64,000 nucleotides of DNA, taken from a virus. The stretch is taken from IMG/VR virus record IMGVR_UViG_3300046028_008994. One strand, given 5' to 3'. The notes under the pieces were generated by a model. The model was not told where the DNA came from. It saw only the letters and a program-made list of their open reading frames with translations, and did not search any database. This document shows, piece by piece, positions 1 through 9,028 of the stretch (positions are counted from its first letter, which is position 1; every line of letters begins with the position of its first letter). The position numbers were made by a program, and so were the translations under genes.

Positions 1-1
1 T

Positions 2-226
2 GCTGCTAATTTTGCATTTGCGAGATTAAAACCAAAACCTCCACCAGAAGTTATTCCTGAGCCTTCTCAACCAATCTATCAACCTCCAACACAACCTGAT
101 AATACAAATGTTTTTTTAGATAAAATAAGTAATATAACAGAAAGTAATATGGATTTTATAAATAAGCAGGAACATTTAAAAAATGAAATAGAACGATTTA
201 AAGAAGAAACAAAAACATATTTTTAA
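2..226 (+). CDS. 3' end of hypothetical protein (runs off window)
   Basis: Open frame AANFAFARLKP...EETKTYF ending TAA at 224-226. Confidence 0.6.
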   Translation, partial: AANFAFARLKPKPPPEVIPEPSQPIYQPPTQPDNTNVFLDKISNITESNMDFINKQEHLKNEIERFKEETKTYF

Positions 227-270
227 AATCTATATTAATTTCTTATATAAAATTATTAAATTTTTAAATT

Positions 271-304
271 AAGCTTGGAAAACCAAGCTTTCTTTTGTAT
301 ATTT
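271..304 (+). promoter_or_regulatory. Terminator hairpin overlapping TTGG-N19-TATATT promoter
   Basis: AAGCTTGG-aaaa-CCAAGCTT followed by T-run and GTATATTT; one of 11 similar elements. Confidence 0.75.
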
Positions 305-309
305 AAATC

Positions 310-1101
310 ATGAAAATTAGTCACGAAGTTCCTTTATGTTTATTAGAGGATAGTTTATGGTTCAATGATTATCAATATTGTTTACCACATTTATTAGATC
401 AAAGCGAAGAATATAAAAATTTCTTTATTAGAGCTAAGCAAAATAATGTGTATATAATAATGGATAATTCACTTCACGAATTAGGTCATGCTTATGATAG
501 TGAACGCTTATTATACTGGATTAACGAGTTAAAACCCAATGAATTTATTATTCCTGATGTATGGCAAGATATGAAAGGTTCAATCAACAATGCTAGAGAA
601 TGGTCTAAAATTGACTTACCTGAGGAAGTTACTAAAGTAGCTGTAGTTCAAGCAATGAATTTAAGTGAAGCAATGACTTGCTATCAATATTATAGAGATT
701 TAGGTTATACAAAAATAGCATTTTCTTATGGTGCTTCTTATTATAGTGAATTAAATAATCATCCTAATCCAGATTTAGCTAAAGCTTTAGGTCGTATTTA
801 TATGATTAATCATTTATATAAAATTAAATTAATTAAAGACGATCACAGAGTACATTTATTAGGATGTCAGGTACCACAAGAATTTAGCTGGTATAATAAT
901 ATGTCTTTTATTGAAACAATAGATACTTCTAATCCTATTATGGCAACATTAGATAATATAGAATATCATTCAACAGGTTTACAAACTAAACCAAAAGCAA
1001 ACATGAATAATAATTTTTATATTAACCCAGATGAAATTGACTATGAATTATTAAACCACAACATTTCCACATTTAAAGATTTAACAAATACAATATATTA
1101 A
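310..1101 (+). CDS. TGT-fold protein, candidate 7-deazaguanine DNA transglycosylase (DpdA-like)
   Basis: IMDNS, IIPDV, VHLLG and IDTS motifs typical of TGT-like TIM barrels; heads the queC/D/E/folE cluster. Confidence 0.6.
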   Translation: MKISHEVPLCLLEDSLWFNDYQYCLPHLLDQSEEYKNFFIRAKQNNVYIIMDNSLHELGHAYDSERLLYWINELKPNEFIIPDVWQDMKGSINNAREWSKIDLPEEVTKVAVVQAMNLSEAMTCYQYYRDLGYTKIAFSYGASYYSELNNHPNPDLAKALGRIYMINHLYKIKLIKDDHRVHLLGCQVPQEFSWYNNMSFIETIDTSNPIMATLDNIEYHSTGLQTKPKANMNNNFYINPDEIDYELLNHNISTFKDLTNTIY

Positions 1102-1102
1102 T

Positions 1103-1333
1103 ATGCAAGAACAATATCAATCACTTTTCGATTATCTAGGAAAACCAGCAGGTACAGATTTAGGTAAACAAGTTTTTACTGAATCTAAAAAACAAGGTAT
1201 AAAAACAATAATAAGAGAAGTTAAAACAAAAAATTATGAAGGAAAAGTAATGGTTTATCCTACATCTTTTTTAGAAAATTACTTTAATCCTCAACCAACT
1301 CAACCAAATATTTTTGATGATCTTCTATTTTAA
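1103..1333 (+). CDS. hypothetical protein
   Basis: 76 aa ORF abutting upstream gene. Confidence 0.6.
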   Translation: MQEQYQSLFDYLGKPAGTDLGKQVFTESKKQGIKTIIREVKTKNYEGKVMVYPTSFLENYFNPQPTQPNIFDDLLF

Positions 1334-1369
1334 TTTGGAAAACAATAAAAATTTTAATATATTATAAAT

Positions 1370-2272
1370 ATGAATAAAAAATATGCTGTACTCTCCTTAA
1401 GTGGAGGAATGGATTCAAGCACATTATTAATTAAACTCCTATCAGAAAACTATCAAGTAGTTGCACTCTCTTTTGATTATGGACAAAAACATAAAGTAGA
1501 ATTAGAAAGAGCTACTGAATTGGTAAAATATATTAATAGTAGGAGCATTGGTACTAAAGGAGGATATGGAGGGTATGAATTAGTCAAACATCAAATAATT
1601 ACATTAGATGGTTTAGCACAATTACTTAATTCTTCATTAGTTGAAGGTGGTGCTGAAGTACCTGAAGGACATTACGCTGAAGAAAATATGAAGGATACTG
1701 TAGTACCTAATCGTAATAAAATATTTTCAAGTATTATTCAAGCAGTAGCTTTATCTATTTCTAATAAAAAAGAGGCGGAATGTGTTATTGCTTTAGGAGT
1801 ACATAGTGGTGATCATTCTATTTATCCTGATTGCACAGAAGCATTTAGAAATGCGGATGAATATGCTTTTAAAATAGGAAATTGGGACTCAGAATTAGTA
1901 AATTATTACACACCATATATGGAAGGTAATAAATTTACAATCTTAGAAGATGGAGTTAAATGTTGTGATGAATTAGGTTTAGATTTTGATGAAGTATATA
2001 AACGTACTAATACAAGTTATAAACCAATTAAATTAATAAAATCAGAAAAAAGATTTAAAGGAACAGAAGACGAAATAAATGTATTCTTTGAAGTATGGTA
2101 CAGTGACTACAAATCAGCATCTTCAGTTGAACGTGTAGAAGCATTTATGAAATTAGGTCGTCCTGATCCTTGTGAATATGCTGACGAAAATGGTCCTGTA
2201 GCTTGGGAACACGTAGTCTCTTACGTATGTTCAGTGCTAGAAAATCATGAGAAAGAAACGTCAAATAACTGA
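1370..2272 (+). CDS. queC: 7-cyano-7-deazaguanine synthase QueC
   Basis: SGGMDS PP-loop, FDYGQKH, VPNRN, HSGDHSIYPDC. Confidence 0.95.
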   Translation: MNKKYAVLSLSGGMDSSTLLIKLLSENYQVVALSFDYGQKHKVELERATELVKYINSRSIGTKGGYGGYELVKHQIITLDGLAQLLNSSLVEGGAEVPEGHYAEENMKDTVVPNRNKIFSSIIQAVALSISNKKEAECVIALGVHSGDHSIYPDCTEAFRNADEYAFKIGNWDSELVNYYTPYMEGNKFTILEDGVKCCDELGLDFDEVYKRTNTSYKPIKLIKSEKRFKGTEDEINVFFEVWYSDYKSASSVERVEAFMKLGRPDPCEYADENGPVAWEHVVSYVCSVLENHEKETSNN

Positions 2273-2433
2273 TAGACCAATGTATGCTATTATAAATAAA
2301 AACGGTGAAGTATTTGCTGGATTATTAAGTGGTTATCCACAATGGTCTTCTGATTGGGATAATGTTAAACTATTATTTCGAGAAAATACTGCTTTTATTT
2401 ATAATACCAACCCAACAGAATACGAATTAATAA

Positions 2434-2673
2434 ATGAAAGTGAATTATAAACAGCCCAAATTCGATCCACAAACTGGAGAAATTAACCCTTATATGATAG
2501 ATTTAGAATTAAAAACAAACAAACAACCAGATCCAAGAAAACACCAGCTAGTAAGCTTTATCAAATCAGGCATCAGAATCTCAGGCTACATTTGTTTGCC
2601 TTTTGATTTAACAATTGCTTGCCTTATCTTGGTTTTCTCAGAATTAGTTGGTATATTAGAAGAATTAGTATAA
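2434..2673 (+). CDS. small membrane protein
   Basis: Hydrophobic C-terminus ending LVGILEELV. Confidence 0.55.
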   Translation: MKVNYKQPKFDPQTGEINPYMIDLELKTNKQPDPRKHQLVSFIKSGIRISGYICLPFDLTIACLILVFSELVGILEELV

Positions 2674-2710
2674 CATAGTGTGCTCCTTGATTTTTAACAT
2701 ATTTATAATC

Positions 2711-3292
2711 ATGGAGCACACCAAAATATATTATTTACATTATGGAGATAATATTCCTTTTTATGTAGGGAAAACTAGAAATGAATATCATAGATTATTT
2801 AACCATAAAAAAACGTTTGGTAAAAACACTGTGATGGAAATAATAGATGAAGTTTTAAATTGGAGAAAATGGGAAGTGTATTATATTGAAGAATTTAAAA
2901 AACAAGGATATATTCTTCAAAATAAAAATAAAGGTGGAGGTGGCTCTGAAAAATGGGAAGATAAATCAATCCAAAAACTAAAATCTCACCCTACAAGAGG
3001 TAAAAATATAAGTGAATCTCATAAAGGAAAACAAAAATCACATAAAGGAAAAAAATTTAAAGAAGAACATAAACAAAAAATAAAAGCAACAAGAGATTTT
3101 CTCAAAAATAGGCCTAATACTTGGATTAATACTCCTGTATTACAATATGATTTAGAAGGAAATTTTATTAAAGAGTGGTCATCTCAATTAGAGGCTACTA
3201 AATATTTAAATAAAACAGGAGATGGAATAGGAGCTTGTTGTAGAGGAAGACAAAAAAAAGCTTACAATTACATTTGGAAATTTAAAAAATAA
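2711..3292 (+). CDS. GIY-YIG homing endonuclease with NUMOD-type tail
   Basis: IYYL...FYVGKT, NKNKGGGG, C-terminal PVLQYDLEGNFIKEW...YIWKFK; ATG 2711 follows ATATTTATA. Confidence 0.8.
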   Translation: MEHTKIYYLHYGDNIPFYVGKTRNEYHRLFNHKKTFGKNTVMEIIDEVLNWRKWEVYYIEEFKKQGYILQNKNKGGGGSEKWEDKSIQKLKSHPTRGKNISESHKGKQKSHKGKKFKEEHKQKIKATRDFLKNRPNTWINTPVLQYDLEGNFIKEWSSQLEATKYLNKTGDGIGACCRGRQKKAYNYIWKFKK

Positions 3293-3308
3293 ATTATATA
3301 TTACAAAC

Positions 3309-3554
3309 ATGAAAAAAATATTTTTATTTACAGCAGAGTGGTGTCCTGGCTGTAAAACATTAGAACCAACAATGGATAGAGTTAGAGATGCAGGAGTAAC
3401 TGTTGAAAAAATTAACATTGATTATGAATCAGATAGAGCTAGAGCAGCTAATGTTATGAGTATTCCAACAGTAGTATTAGCTGAAAACGGTCAAGAAATC
3501 AAACGCTTCGTAGGAGCTAAAACATACGAACAAGTATTAGAATTTATTAAATAA
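3309..3554 (+). CDS. thioredoxin
   Basis: WCPGC and SIPT cis-Pro motif. Confidence 0.9.
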   Translation: MKKIFLFTAEWCPGCKTLEPTMDRVRDAGVTVEKINIDYESDRARAANVMSIPTVVLAENGQEIKRFVGAKTYEQVLEFIK

Positions 3555-4021
3555 TGGGAAAATTTCAATCAACAAAATTATTTGACGGATTCAGTTGTGT
3601 ATTTCGTCAATGGAAAGCAGAAGGTACTCATTGCCAATTTTTACATGGTTATGGAGTATCATTTAGAGTATGGTTCGAAGGTGAATTAGACGAACGTAAT
3701 TGGGTATGGGATTTTGGAGGTATGAAACGTGCTAAAGGTACTATTGATGGTAAAAATCCTAAAGCATGGATGGATCATATGTTTGACCATACTGTTATAG
3801 CATCAATAGATGATCCTTACTTGGATAAATTTAAACAAATGGAAGTAGATGGTATAATCCAATTAAGAATAATTCCAGCAACAGGAGCAGAACAATTTGC
3901 AAAGTACATTTATGAAAAACTAAACACTTTTATTCAAGAAGAAACAAAAGGTAGAGTGAAAATAACAAAAGTAGAATTTATGGAGCATAGTAAAAATACA
4001 GCAATTTATACAGAAATATGA
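3554..4021 (+). CDS. queD: 6-carboxy-5,6,7,8-tetrahydropterin synthase QueD
   Basis: CQFLHGY, WDFGG, FDH, TGAE. Confidence 0.92.
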   Translation: MGKFQSTKLFDGFSCVFRQWKAEGTHCQFLHGYGVSFRVWFEGELDERNWVWDFGGMKRAKGTIDGKNPKAWMDHMFDHTVIASIDDPYLDKFKQMEVDGIIQLRIIPATGAEQFAKYIYEKLNTFIQEETKGRVKITKVEFMEHSKNTAIYTEI

Positions 4022-4800
4022 GTTTAGGAAGAATAACAGATTACGATAAAAAATTACCAATAGTAGAATTATACTATTGTGTACAAAGTGAAGGTTCAAG
4101 AGCAGGCTTTCCAACAGTAGCCGTTAGAACAACAGGCTGTACTCACAGATGTTGGTTTGGTGAAGGTGGTTGGTGTGATTCATGGTATACAAGCATTCAT
4201 CCTGAAAAAGGTGGATTTACATTTAATGATATTGTTAAAATGTATGATAATAGACCTGATATTACTGAAATGATGTTAACAGGTGGTTCTCCAACAATGC
4301 ATCCTGATTTAGTTAATGAATTAACACATTTTGCTAATGAAAGAGGTATTGTAATTACAATTGAAACTGAAGGTTCACATTTTCTAGAAACAGATTTTCC
4401 AATTGGCTTAATTTCATTATCACCTAAATTTACTAATAGTGTTCCTAAATTAGGAGTATTAACACCAAAAGGAGCTGTAGTAGATCAAAAGATGATTGAT
4501 CAACATAATAAATTACGTTTAAATAAAGACGCAATGTGTAAAACAATTGATTATCATACTAATTACCATTTTAAACCAGTGTGTAATCCTGTAGAAATGC
4601 CTGAAATTTGGGAAGAAATTGAAGCATTTAGAGTAGAGATGAATATTCCTAAAAACAAAACATGGATTATGCCTCCAGGTGATAATAGACAAGAGTTAAT
4701 AAGAGTATATCCAATGGTATTTGATTTTTGTGCTGAACATGGATATAATTTTACAGGTAGAGAACATATTATTGCCTTTGATACTCGTCGTGGAGTTTGA
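4018..4800 (+). CDS. queE: 7-carboxy-7-deazaguanine synthase QueE (radical SAM)
   Basis: QSEG, VRTTGCTHRC...WCDS, LTGG, IETEG, SLSPK. Confidence 0.92.
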   Translation: MSLGRITDYDKKLPIVELYYCVQSEGSRAGFPTVAVRTTGCTHRCWFGEGGWCDSWYTSIHPEKGGFTFNDIVKMYDNRPDITEMMLTGGSPTMHPDLVNELTHFANERGIVITIETEGSHFLETDFPIGLISLSPKFTNSVPKLGVLTPKGAVVDQKMIDQHNKLRLNKDAMCKTIDYHTNYHFKPVCNPVEMPEIWEEIEAFRVEMNIPKNKTWIMPPGDNRQELIRVYPMVFDFCAEHGYNFTGREHIIAFDTRRGV

Positions 4801-4845
4801 TTATAATACATAAAGAAGAGTCTATTTTCATATATTTATTAATAT

Positions 4846-5484
4846 ATGAGTAGATATAAACAAATATGTAATGAATGTAAAATACATTATAAATCAAATG
4901 GATCAGGGAGTAAATATTGTTCTCCTGATTGTAGGCAAATAGCAAGAGCTAAAGATAGACAATTTACTTCCTGTTCCTGTTGTTTTAAAGATGTTAGATA
5001 TTTTCCTAACAGTGAACATAAAAATAAGAAAAATATTTTTTGTTCTAATAAATGTCAAGGAGAATGGATGAAAATTAATTCACAAAATCTTCAATTGGTT
5101 GAAAGAGCTAATAAGATGAGAGAAAGTTGGAATGAAAATGCTTGGAAAAAAGGAATTGAAACTAGAATAAAAAAAGGAAATATCATTGATTGGGATAAAG
5201 CAGGATGGAAACAATATTGGAAAAGATGTGATTGGTTAACTAGAAAAATTAGAAAACAAATGTTAGAAAATTGGGATGGTTATGATTATATTAGTAAAGA
5301 ATATATTAAAGATAATTTAATTTTACATTATAGTCATGGTGATTATCCTACATTAGACCATATTAAACCCCGATCACAGTGTTTTAAAGAAGGTTTATCT
5401 CCATATGAAGCTACTAAACCAGAAAATTTAGCATGGACTACAAGAAAAAACAATAGTAAAAAATCACAGAAAAAATTAAAATAG
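4846..5484 (+). CDS. HNH endonuclease with N-terminal Cys-rich zinc fingers
   Basis: CxxC, YCSxxC and FCSxxC clusters; LDHIKP...NLAW...NSKK. Confidence 0.75.
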   Translation: MSRYKQICNECKIHYKSNGSGSKYCSPDCRQIARAKDRQFTSCSCCFKDVRYFPNSEHKNKKNIFCSNKCQGEWMKINSQNLQLVERANKMRESWNENAWKKGIETRIKKGNIIDWDKAGWKQYWKRCDWLTRKIRKQMLENWDGYDYISKEYIKDNLILHYSHGDYPTLDHIKPRSQCFKEGLSPYEATKPENLAWTTRKNNSKKSQKKLK

Positions 5485-5487
5485 AAA

Positions 5488-5886
5488 ATGGTATTATTAA
5501 CAACACATCCTGTTAAAAAATTAGATTTAGGTACTCATGGTAATCTATTTGGTGGTAAGTTACTCTCACTATTAGATTCAGCTGTAGCAGCTTATGCAAT
5601 GGAGACATGCCATAGTAAAAATATGGTTACTGTTTCTATTGATAAATGTGAGTTTAAAAAACCTGCAAAAGAAGGTAATTTAGTAAAAATATATGCTGAA
5701 TTAACTAAAATAGGAACTACATCAGCTCAATTTAATGTTGAGGCTAGAAATTATAATGTATTTACTGAAGAAGAAACTTGTATATTATCTACTCATATGA
5801 CTTTTGTTAGAATTGATGACGAAGGCGGACCAATTCCAATTTCAGAAACAGTTAGAAGAAAATTTAATTCTCCAGTTACAAAATAA
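5488..5886 (+). CDS. hotdog-fold acyl-CoA thioesterase
   Basis: DLGTHGNLFGGKLLSLLD, VTVSID, TFVRID (YciA-like). Confidence 0.85.
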   Translation: MVLLTTHPVKKLDLGTHGNLFGGKLLSLLDSAVAAYAMETCHSKNMVTVSIDKCEFKKPAKEGNLVKIYAELTKIGTTSAQFNVEARNYNVFTEEETCILSTHMTFVRIDDEGGPIPISETVRRKFNSPVTK

Positions 5887-5898
5887 TATTTATAATAT

Positions 5899-6138
5899 AT
5901 GAAAATAACGTATTTTTACCATAAAGGATGTCGTCAATGTAAAGACTTAGCTCCTATCATAAATGAATTTCAAGCTCCTCTTAACATTAATTTGGTAGAC
6001 ACATATACTGATAGTATGTTAATGGAAGAAAATACAATTAACTGGGTTCCTACTCTTGTGATTGAAGATAAAAACGGAAAACACAAATTTGAAGGACCAG
6101 CTGAAGTTAAAGAAGTTTTGAGAAAATTAGTTTTATGA
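5899..6138 (+). CDS. thioredoxin-like protein
   Basis: CRQC and WVPT. Confidence 0.8.
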   Translation: MKITYFYHKGCRQCKDLAPIINEFQAPLNINLVDTYTDSMLMEENTINWVPTLVIEDKNGKHKFEGPAEVKEVLRKLVL

Positions 6139-6638
6139 TAGTAGAATTCACAGAAAAAGAAATACAAGACAAAATTAAACAAATTGCTGATTTTATTAAT
6201 CAGAAACAACATAATAAACCTCCTGTGTTTATATGTGTATTAAACGGTGCTTTTATGTTTTTTACGGATTTAGTGAAACAAATAGGTAAATGCGAAATAG
6301 ACTTTATACGTGCGAAATCTTACGAAGGTACTACACAAAGTGAGATAAAAATTACTAAATCTTGTGAATTAGAACTAATAGATAGAGATGTTTATTTAGT
6401 AGATGATATCTATGATTCGGGAAATACAGTAAAAGCATTAATAAAACATTTATCAAACGAAAAAGCAAATTCAATAACACCAATTACATTATTTAAAAAG
6501 TGGCATTCAAATCATCCTGAATTAATATATGGTTTTGAATTAACAGATGAACATTGGTTAATAGGTTATGGTTTAGATGCAAGTGATGGTACTCAAAGAA
6601 ACCTTACTTATATTAAAGGTATCCAACCAGGAGATTAA
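6135..6638 (+). CDS. hpt: hypoxanthine/guanine phosphoribosyltransferase-like protein
   Basis: VLNGAFMFFTDL, PRPP loop LVDDIYDSGNT, IGYGLD. Confidence 0.88.
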   Translation: MIVEFTEKEIQDKIKQIADFINQKQHNKPPVFICVLNGAFMFFTDLVKQIGKCEIDFIRAKSYEGTTQSEIKITKSCELELIDRDVYLVDDIYDSGNTVKALIKHLSNEKANSITPITLFKKWHSNHPELIYGFELTDEHWLIGYGLDASDGTQRNLTYIKGIQPGD

Positions 6639-6650
6639 TATTTATATTAA

Positions 6651-7481
6651 ATGAATTCAACACACGTATTTAAAAGAAAAATAGCAGAAATAAAAGATGA
6701 ATATCCTTTATTAGAAAATCATGGAGATTTATGGGCTTTAGGAATGTATGATAGTATTTGTGAAGAACAGATTTTAAAAGAATTTATTTCACAAACAATT
6801 GAAGCTGATAAAACTTCTAAAGAACTTGATAAACGTTTTCCAGCTTTAGATATTTCAATAAATATAGAATCACCAAAAGTATTTAGTATAAATCTACCTA
6901 AATCAGCTTTTAAATATTGGGGGGAAATATCTAAATTTCTTGATACTTTTGGTTGGTATCCATCTTATATAGCATTAGTTACAGAGGATTTTTTTGGTGG
7001 TTTTTTAAAAGATAAAGGAAAATATAGCAATGAATCTATGAATACCATGATGAAATCAGCTGATGATGAGGATGCTATTCAAATATCAATAGAAGCCAAA
7101 TATGATACAGAACAACAACCAGAAAAATATTATTATCATTTAGTTCCCGATATTTATCTAGATAAAGTAGAATTAAAAGGTTTGACACCAAAAACCAAAA
7201 GTAAAATAGCAACTCATCCAGAACGAGTATATTTACTAAATCCAGATAATGAAGATGAATTTGAAAAAATAGCTAATATGCTGTATGATAAAACTCCATC
7301 AAAAGAAACAAAATCAAAAATTAAAAATTATCATCTGTTAAGAATTAATGCTGATGCTATAAAAGATAAAGTTAAATTTTATAACGATCCTAATTTTCGA
7401 ATTGGAAATGGAGCTGTTTGGACATATCAAAATATAGCTCCTAAATACATAGAAAAAATAGAAACTATTCCTATTGGATAG
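6651..7481 (+). CDS. protein with C-terminal ADP-ribosyltransferase-like (Tpt1/KptA-type) domain
   Basis: YYH...LDKVELKGLTP...RVYL...LLRI...AVWTYQNIAPKYI pattern; AATATTTATA 4 nt upstream. Confidence 0.5.
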   Translation: MNSTHVFKRKIAEIKDEYPLLENHGDLWALGMYDSICEEQILKEFISQTIEADKTSKELDKRFPALDISINIESPKVFSINLPKSAFKYWGEISKFLDTFGWYPSYIALVTEDFFGGFLKDKGKYSNESMNTMMKSADDEDAIQISIEAKYDTEQQPEKYYYHLVPDIYLDKVELKGLTPKTKSKIATHPERVYLLNPDNEDEFEKIANMLYDKTPSKETKSKIKNYHLLRINADAIKDKVKFYNDPNFRIGNGAVWTYQNIAPKYIEKIETIPIG

Positions 7482-7522
7482 TTTGGTAAAATAAAAAACA
7501 ATTTATATATTATAATAAAGTT

Positions 7523-8200
7523 ATGTCAGATAAGAAAAAATTCGATTTAGAATGTGTTACGCCCGGTTTTGCCAATGGCTTAGCACCAGGTGCACCATTC
7601 ACCGAATCTCAAAAATGGGAAATGGTAGTAGAGGCTGAAGAAGCATATGGTAAATTTCTAGATGCATTAAAATGTGATTGGAGAAATGACCCAAATTCAT
7701 CAAACACACCACACAGAGTAGCAAAAGCATATGTTTTTGATTTATGGAAAGGTAGATACGAGGATATGAGTGGAATAACTTCATTTCCATCAGATGGTTA
7801 TGATGGTATTGTAATCGAACGTAACATTCCATTAACAAGTATGTGTTCACATCACCACCAAACAATTGGAGGTGTAGTTCATGTTGGTTATATTGTTGGT
7901 GAAAATGGTAGTGTAATCGGTTTATCAAAATTAAATCGTATTGTAGAACATTTTGGGCGCAGAGGTGCTATTCAAGAACAATTAACATCAGCAATTCATC
8001 AAGCAGTAGATAAAGTTTGTGAAAACAACAGAGGTGTTATTGTAACAGTAGTAGCAACACACAATTGTGTAAAATGTAGAGGTGTTAAACATCAAGGTGC
8101 ATCAATGGTTACAACTAAAGCATCAGGAGTGTTTATGGATAATGCTAATCAAGCACGTACAGAGTATTTTGATAGTTTAAAAATTAATGGAAGTTTATAA
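7523..8200 (+). CDS. folE: GTP cyclohydrolase I
   Basis: TPHRVAK, SMCSHHH, GLSKLNR, QEQLT, HNCVKCRGV. Confidence 0.95.
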   Translation: MSDKKKFDLECVTPGFANGLAPGAPFTESQKWEMVVEAEEAYGKFLDALKCDWRNDPNSSNTPHRVAKAYVFDLWKGRYEDMSGITSFPSDGYDGIVIERNIPLTSMCSHHHQTIGGVVHVGYIVGENGSVIGLSKLNRIVEHFGRRGAIQEQLTSAIHQAVDKVCENNRGVIVTVVATHNCVKCRGVKHQGASMVTTKASGVFMDNANQARTEYFDSLKINGSL

Positions 8201-8201
8201 T

Positions 8202-8654
8202 ATGGTAACAATTTACGCACACAAAAATCATCCAGATGCTGTTATACCTGAAGTAGCTTATGGTAAAACATCAGCTTGTTTCGATATTACTTGTACTGAA
8301 ACAACAATAATTCCACCAAACGGTAAAGCAGTAGTACCTAATGGTTTAAATTTAGTAATAGAAGATAATTATAAATATTGGATGCAAATTCAATTAAGAT
8401 CATCTAAAGGATTTAAACATGATTTAATTCCTCATTACGGAACTGTTGATCCTGGTTATACAGGTGATTTAGGTATTAAAATATACAATGTTGGTTCAAC
8501 ACCAGTAACTATTGAAAAAGGGGAAAGATATGCTCAAATAGCTGTTATCCCAATCCCAGAATATGAGATTATAGAATTAGATGATACTGAATTTGAATCT
8601 GTAAAATCTCGTCAAGGTAGAGGAGATAAAGGATTTGGTTCTTCTGGTAAATAA
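8202..8654 (+). CDS. dut: trimeric dUTPase
   Basis: ACFDI, RSS, GTVDPGYTG, AQ, RGDKGFGSSG. Confidence 0.92.
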   Translation: MVTIYAHKNHPDAVIPEVAYGKTSACFDITCTETTIIPPNGKAVVPNGLNLVIEDNYKYWMQIQLRSSKGFKHDLIPHYGTVDPGYTGDLGIKIYNVGSTPVTIEKGERYAQIAVIPIPEYEIIELDDTEFESVKSRQGRGDKGFGSSGK

Positions 8655-8655
8655 T

Positions 8656-8665
8656 AATATTTATA
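8656..8665 (+). promoter_or_regulatory. AATATTTATA motif, putative late promoter (example of a dispersed family)
   Basis: Same or near-identical motif ends 3-4 nt before ATG at 2711, 5899, 6651, 8669, 11704, 32478, 42618, 52274, 52496 and 57452. Confidence 0.6.
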
Positions 8666-8668
8666 ATC

Positions 8669-8959
8669 ATGAAAAAAGCAGATAACTTCAACCCTGGGAA
8701 GTGGTTAGTAGAAAACAAATTAACTAATCAATCACAGTTGAATGAAATGCCTATAATAATGGATCCTAATAGAAAAGTAGATTTAAATTCAATAGAACTT
8801 GATGGTGTTGATCCATCTGATTATCCTGATTTTTCTGATGCTTATGTAATATATGCTCAATACACAGATGGGACCCCACTAACAGAAGATGAATTAGATG
8901 AATTTAATGATAAACATTATGATATAGCTCAGGAATTAGCTTTAGAAAGATTTTACTAG
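8669..8959 (+). CDS. acidic protein with shared MKKADNFNPGKWLVENKL leader
   Basis: First 19 aa identical to 53149..53484. Confidence 0.75.
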   Translation: MKKADNFNPGKWLVENKLTNQSQLNEMPIIMDPNRKVDLNSIELDGVDPSDYPDFSDAYVIYAQYTDGTPLTEDELDEFNDKHYDIAQELALERFY

Positions 8960-8986
8960 AAAATAAAATTAAAATTTTATAACATT

Positions 8987-9021
8987 AAGGCTTGGGAAAC
9001 CAAGCCTTTTTTTGTATATTA
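8987..9021 (+). promoter_or_regulatory. Terminator hairpin overlapping promoter for polB
   Basis: AAGGCTTGG-gaaa-CCAAGCCTT, T-run, GTATATT. Confidence 0.75.
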
Positions 9022-9028
9022 ACAGAGA

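Noticed and set aside
7599-7928. His/Gln-rich minus-strand ORF
   Set aside because: Antisense shadow of folE codon bias.
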